Part shown: positions 59,557-64,000 of the stretch, one piece after another | How positions within the stretch are numbered: the stretch's first letter is position 1 | How the letters are laid out: the number at the start of each line of letters is the position of its first letter | Origin: an uncultured beta proteobacterium | Lineage (GTDB): Bacteria; Pseudomonadota; Gammaproteobacteria; Burkholderiales; JACQAP01 | Direction: 5' to 3' | Assembly (NCBI GenBank): GCA_963789945.1 | Contig: CAWBMN010000008.1 | Coordinates: 20,810-84,809 of the forward strand | DNA: 64,000 nucleotides | The notes under the pieces: model-generated | Database searches by the model: none | Told to the model about the DNA's origin: nothing | The model's input: only the letters and a program-made list of their open reading frames with translations | Translations under genes and position numbers: made by a program

Positions 59557-60917
59557 CGTCAAGGGCTCCCGATAATAGAAACCCAAACCAAATCCAGAAC
59601 TGCCAATCAACTTGCGCAAATGTTGAGGATTGCGCACGCGACGCGCCTCTGTACGGCCTCGCCGAAAAGATACAACTATCACCTCTTCTGGTTCTGCGGC
59701 ATTTAGAATCGTCTCGACTGATGTGTCGACATGAACATGAAAGAGTTATCTTGCAATTGGTTTCTAACTAATTTGACGGCCTCTCTTTGAACAAATGGAT
59801 GCACGAAGTTCTCCGGTTCCTCTATCGCCATGATATTGGAGTTCGTAAATACCGCCGTTACGAATGCCATCCATTTGAGCGTACCATCCGAAAGTGCGGC
59901 CAGCGGTATTTGGGATTTCGCGGGTCCCGCAAGAGTGATCCGGACACGGATCGTGTTCTCGAACTGATCGTTCGTCACAGCTAGATTTGCCATTGCCGGA
60001 TAGGCCAGCTTGAAGAACTCTATTAGGCGATCTAATTTAATTCCGCGGGAAAACGGAACGTCAGTTGCTCGATAAATAAACCGGAAGTACCCTGGATCTG
60101 ACCTTGGTTTTCCACGCTTCAATGCGAATAGGCTCGCATACAAACCAGAGCCGTCTGGGCGAATACCTGGAGTTTTTGCGGAGTCCTCCGGGAGTCGTAT
60201 TCGACTTGGGTGAGGATTAAATATCATCCCTCTACCGAAATCAGAATACAGCGGCCCACCGAGTTCACTCGGTAGGAGTGCATATGCTAGAACAATTAGG
60301 GGTGCGTCGGAACTTACACTTTTCTCTACCTGTTGAATTGGAGTTAGCTCTGGAGTCTTTCCTGATGAGACATAGATTGGGGAGAATTTGATACCCTCAA
60401 TCAAATTGAGGTGGTCGCAATTTACACTCCCATCTGCATTTCCTGAAACCTGCACTTCCGCACTCCACTCAGTGATAGCCCGTGGGTCAACATCAGGGTC
60501 TTGTGCAACGCTAAATCGTATTGATTGCTTCGCGAAAAAAACACTCTCTCGATCATCTGACAATTCCAAGGTGAAGGCATACTTGTAGTATAGGATTCGA
60601 TCATCTTCTTGTTCGTCTTCTGCGCGTTGGCGATGCCGAAATCTGGCATCGGCCTTGATCTTTCCGAAAACCTTCGCTTTTATCTGTGATTGATACCGAT
60701 TGGCACCAAGCTTCCTAAAAACAGCACCGCTTCCACCGAGATTACTCACAATTGTCGACAGATCGTTTACCGCTAGTTCCGTAAGGAATTCAAGAAAACT
60801 AATGACGTTAGTTTTTCCGCTACCGTTTGGGCCAACCAGTAAATTCAGACCCGGTCGGATATCTAAACGAAAGCGATTTAGAGATCTGAATCCGTCGACT
60901 TCAATGCTTAGGATCAT
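59549..60917 (-). CDS. ABC/AAA_21-type ATPase (C-terminus frameshifted near 59720)
   Basis: GFRSL, Walker A GPNGSGKT, LSDGT signature, IEEPENFVHP, STH; continues as ETILNAAEPEEVIVV in a shifted frame. Confidence 0.85.
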
Positions 60918-61091
60918 GGTCAGGCTTCTCGAGCGTAGTAACAGTCACACCTTCATAGACTTGAGTCGGCGTATTCGCGATGACAATAAGTTCAAAAACC
61001 GGGTCAGGCCTGCGTAATTGCATTGTGGCGCAGCCCCGATGCCATTAGCCATGATAGAACCATTTTGAACTCCAGAGCTCGCGTCGCGGTC

Positions 61092-61271
61092 CTACCGATC
61101 CTCTCCCACGAAACCCTGCTGAATACTTGAGAGGAGCTTCAACGCCTCAGCCGGCAGCGGCCCCTTCTTCGCGCTCTGGGCGGCGTGGTCCAGTTGTTTC
61201 AGGGTGGAAAGGCGCACCAGCGTCGTGGTGAGATCCGGGTTCGACAGGACGTTGCGTATCGAGGTTTCCAC
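61092..61271 (-). pseudogene. Degenerate 3' copy (about 180 nt) of the aldo-keto reductase gene
   Basis: Encodes VLSNPDLTTTLV.LSTL.QL.HAAQSAKKGPL.AEALKL.SSIQQ.FVGE.R*; matches about 63363-63543. Confidence 0.9.
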
Positions 61272-61317
61272 GCGCCGGGGTCAGCGTAACGACACACATT
61301 AAGTGGATACCGGAAAG

Positions 61318-61458
61318 CTAGGCTTTCTTCCTCTTTCCAGAGCGTCGCTTCGCCTTTCTTGCGGGCTTCTTCGCCATCTTCTTTCTTGCCGGACGCTTCT
61401 TGGTGGATTTCTTCTTAGCCGAGGATTTCTTTGCGTGCTTCGCGAAACCGTTAGTCAT
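61318..61458 (-). CDS. 46-aa Lys/Arg-rich histone H1-like peptide
   Basis: MTNGFAKHAKKSSAKKKSTKKRPARKKMAKKPARKAKRRSGKRKKA*; ATGA overlap with the upstream stop; GGGAG RBS. Confidence 0.65.
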   Translation of the reverse strand: MTNGFAKHAKKSSAKKKSTKKRPARKKMAKKPARKAKRRSGKRKKA

Positions 61459-62012
61459 TGGGTTCTCCCTTTGGGCGGAAAAACTTGGTGTACGGCCTTC
61501 ACATAGTTGGACATAGCGTTACGCGCGGAAAGCAGAAGCGCAACACCGGTTAAAGTTAGTACTACCCAATATGGCCAATCAACGGTGGGCCCTGGGGCAA
61601 AAGCACGAGCTGGGATCCAGAGCAATAAAGCAGTAAGAGTGTTCGCATAGAATTGGTAGTAGCGGTAGAAGTTGTCTCGGATGGTAAGCAAGACAGGTAG
61701 ACACCCGCCATCCACCCGAGACCAATCTAGAGAAAGTCTTTGCACTGCAAAGCGCCCCAACGCAGGCCAATGAATAACAGTGTCAATAATTATCCATCTC
61801 AGTCCGCTTACAACAAGACCAAAGGATACGGATGCAAGTAGCACGAAGAGGAATAGCCCGACACTTTGTTCTTGGTCACTTGCAGCTGCCATCCATGCCG
61901 CAGCAACTGGCAGATGATATGAAACCGCATGGACTACCACAAAGCCAGGCGCCACAAATGCAAGGACGGTACCGAAGTCGAGGCCCGATGGGAATTGAGT
62001 TTCAGAGGCCAT
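61455..62012 (-). CDS. Hypothetical 4-TM membrane protein
   Basis: Hydrophobic segments; APGF, RYYQFYAN; lower-GC context. Confidence 0.7.
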   Translation of the reverse strand: MASETQFPSGLDFGTVLAFVAPGFVVVHAVSYHLPVAAAWMAAASDQEQSVGLFLFVLLASVSFGLVVSGLRWIIIDTVIHWPALGRFAVQRLSLDWSRVDGGCLPVLLTIRDNFYRYYQFYANTLTALLLWIPARAFAPGPTVDWPYWVVLTLTGVALLLSARNAMSNYVKAVHQVFPPKGRTQ

Positions 62013-62267
62013 TGGTAGACTTGTTAAGAAACGCGATTGCCATCAAGCCGTCACATTTTCCTGAAGCGCTTAGCGCCACGAATGGCGGGAAGGGATCGGG
62101 TATTTCTTGCACTGCCAAAGTATACAAAAGCCAAGAACTGACTCGATTCTACGCGCGAAGATCTAAATCGTCCCCACAAACCTCACAAAGATGTCCCACT
62201 CCACCTTTGAGAATCTGCTGCACGTATCAACTTCCGGATTGTCGTCTCTCCATTCTCCTTCTCTTTA

Positions 62268-62316
62268 GTTTTTCCTCTGCGATCTTTGCGCCCTCTGCGC
62301 CTCTGCGTTGGGTGTA
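62268..62316. repeat. Right arm of the CGCAGAG repeat
   Basis: GTTTTTCCTCTGCGATCTTTGCGCCCTCTGCGCCTCTGCGTTGGGTGTA. Confidence 0.82.
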
Positions 62317-62335
62317 AGCCTGAAGCGGCATACAC

Positions 62336-62411
62336 CTACCGAGCCTCCCCCACGAAACCCTGCTGAATGGTAGAGATGAGCTTCAACGCCTCGGCCGGCA
62401 GCGGCCCCTTC
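62336..62411 (-). pseudogene. Second degenerate 3' copy (about 76 nt) of the aldo-keto reductase gene
   Basis: Encodes KGPLPAEALKLISTIQQGFVGEAR*. Confidence 0.88.
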
Positions 62412-62651
62412 AATCTCCCGGGGTATTGTCCCTTCAAAGAGTGTCACGAGAATCCGGAACGGGCACTTCGTGATCCTTTATTTCAGTCTTGTCACGGCAT
62501 TCAGCGCATTTAATGCATAGCACCAATTCGATACGTGCTCTATATTTCTTCACAGATAAGAGGATGATGCGGCATTGCACCAATCGGCTTTTCAGTAAGC
62601 CGGGCGCCGGCCGATCCCTTTCGGTCAGCGGATCTCATAAGGAGTATCGCA

Positions 62652-63077
62652 ATGACAAAGTTCAAATCCCTGTTTGCCGCCTTCCTTGCCGGGGCTTCTC
62701 TCAATGCCTTCGCCGCCGACTGGAACATGGTGTCGTCCTCGGCTGAGGAGCAAGTGTTCGTCGACTCGCAAAGCCTCATCAAGGGTACGGACAACATCAT
62801 CCAGGTTCGCATACTCGAGAACTTCGCCGACACGAGGAACATGGGTCATGGTTTTTACGATCACAAGTCCCGATTCATGTTGATGGCGGTTGACTGTGAG
62901 GCCGGTGCTGTCAGCTATGAGCAGTGGAGTCTGCATGCCGATGCGCTCGGCACCGGCGCCACGGTATGGGCCGACGGCATGCAAGGCGGTCCGGCCTTCT
63001 TCCGCCCTGAAGCCGGAACCGGCTACGAACGCGTCTTGGAAACAGTCTGCAACGTCTCGATCGCGATGCGGAACTGA
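62652..63077 (+). CDS. Surface-adhesin E family secreted protein
   Basis: AAGGAG RBS; signal ending AFA; W..V.....VFVD..S, DC, C-terminal VC. Confidence 0.72.
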   Translation: MTKFKSLFAAFLAGASLNAFAADWNMVSSSAEEQVFVDSQSLIKGTDNIIQVRILENFADTRNMGHGFYDHKSRFMLMAVDCEAGAVSYEQWSLHADALGTGATVWADGMQGGPAFFRPEAGTGYERVLETVCNVSIAMRN

Positions 63078-63121
63078 TTTTTGTTTCAGGAACACGCACT
63101 CACCTTTTAGCAATGTGGGTT

Positions 63122-63360
63122 TCCCCTTGTGGCGCGCCGAGCAGCTCGACTCGACGAGGGGAAGTCGACGAGGACTGTTCGAGTCCCATGGCAGGGCACG
63201 TTGTGTGTGCCCTGCCAGGTCGAGTTCCGCAGTCGCCTCGTCGAGTCAGGCAGCACAGGGCCACCCCTGATAAGGGGCGCGACACCGGGGCGGCCTTCTT
63301 TTGGTTCCTTTTCTTGGCCGCGCAAGAAAAGGAACTAGCCGCCGGGCTACCCCCGGCCGG
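63122..63360. repeat. Highly structured intergenic element (multi-hairpin repeat or ncRNA candidate)
   Basis: Stems GACTCGACGAGG/CCTCGTCGAGTC, GGCAGGGCAC/GTGCCCTGCC, CCCCT/AGGGG, GTTCCTTTTCTTG/CAAGAAAAGGAAC, GCCGGG/CCCGGC. Confidence 0.7.
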
Positions 63361-63362
63361 TT

Positions 63363-64000
63363 CTACCGAGCCTCGCCCACAAAGCTCTGCTGAATACTTG
63401 AGATCAGCTTCAGACGCCTCGGCCGACAGCGGCCCCTTCTTCGCACTCTGCGCGGCGTGCTCCAATTGTTCCAGGGTCGAGAGGCCCACCAGCGTCGTGG
63501 TGAGATCCGGGTTCGACAGGACGTAGCGTATCGAGGCTTCGACCAGGTTCTTCGCATATCCCCGCTTTACGACTTCACCGAACCGCACCGCGCGGGCCAC
63601 GTCGCCGGCATAGCTGGAGGCCGAGCCGATCGGGTCCACGCTCTGCATGCCGAGCGGATGCCGGGTTTCGACGCCGCTCAACGCGCCACCCGCCAGCACA
63701 CGGATGCCGATGGTCCCAACGCCGCTCGCATGCGCGCGCGCAATGAGATTGCCGTAATCCTGGGCCGGGTAGTTAGACGGCAGCTTCGCCCCCGCGCTTG
63801 GATTGAGCAGGTTGTAGCTCACCTGGGCTGTTTCGAAAGCATCCAGAACACTGTGAATGGCCGGCGTGTCACCCAAAGCCGTAAACCCGAAATGGCGCGC
63901 CCTGCCCTGCTCTCGCAAGCGCGCGAAGGCGGGCAGCACCTGTTCGCGCACAGACTTAGGGTCGATGACTCCTTCGCGCTTCGCGTCGGAAATCGGATTG
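63363..64000 (-). CDS. Aldo/keto reductase, 5' part outside the window, with an apparent 1-nt insertion near 63413
   Basis: L.EQGRARHFG, AQVSYNLLN, IRVLAGGAL, TTLVGLSTLEQL; the natural end LKLISSIQQSFVGEAR* lies in the neighbouring frame. Confidence 0.85.

Noticed and set aside
63100-63362. C-terminal extension of the AKR ORF in the track
   Set aside because: It results from an apparent 1-nt insertion; the natural stop at 63363 is supported by both 3' copies.
1-64000. rRNA, tRNA, transposase or integrase genes
   Set aside because: No recognisable signatures by eye; tRNAscan-SE and Infernal would be needed to exclude small RNAs formally.

Overview
High-GC bacterial chromosome segment, probably betaproteobacterial (inference). 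It is dominated by catabolic and transport genes: two TRAP systems, an ABC binding protein, an MFS transporter, many hydrolases and oxidoreductases, a divergent PQQ dehydrogenase with a CxxCH partner, an AraC-controlled mddA cluster, PhoX and HiPIP. Accessory patches lie at about 21-24, 39.7-47, 48.8-51.7 and 58.5-63.4 kb. I saw no rRNA, tRNA, CRISPR array, integrase or transposase. Four signals stand out. (1) A minimal Fap-like export module: a small Sec-exported substrate with a double-glycine-like leader, a C39 peptidase, and a FapF-like outer-membrane barrel that carries an excisionase-type HTH after its signal peptide. A matrixin 3' remnant lies directly upstream. (2) Degenerate copies of gene 3' regions (aldo-keto reductase x2, amidohydrolase, carbonic anhydrase) that bracket accessory cargo, suggesting repeated insertion at protein-coding gene ends. 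(3) Intergenic inverted-repeat elements with arms of 7- or 9-nt tandem repeats; one pair brackets a lower-GC island with an ATPase + TOPRIM-like putative defence pair. (4) A three-copy ~165-bp dispersed repeat with a candidate partner end. Several clustered frameshifts are probably sequencing errors. All calls come from motif reading only, and start codons are estimates.
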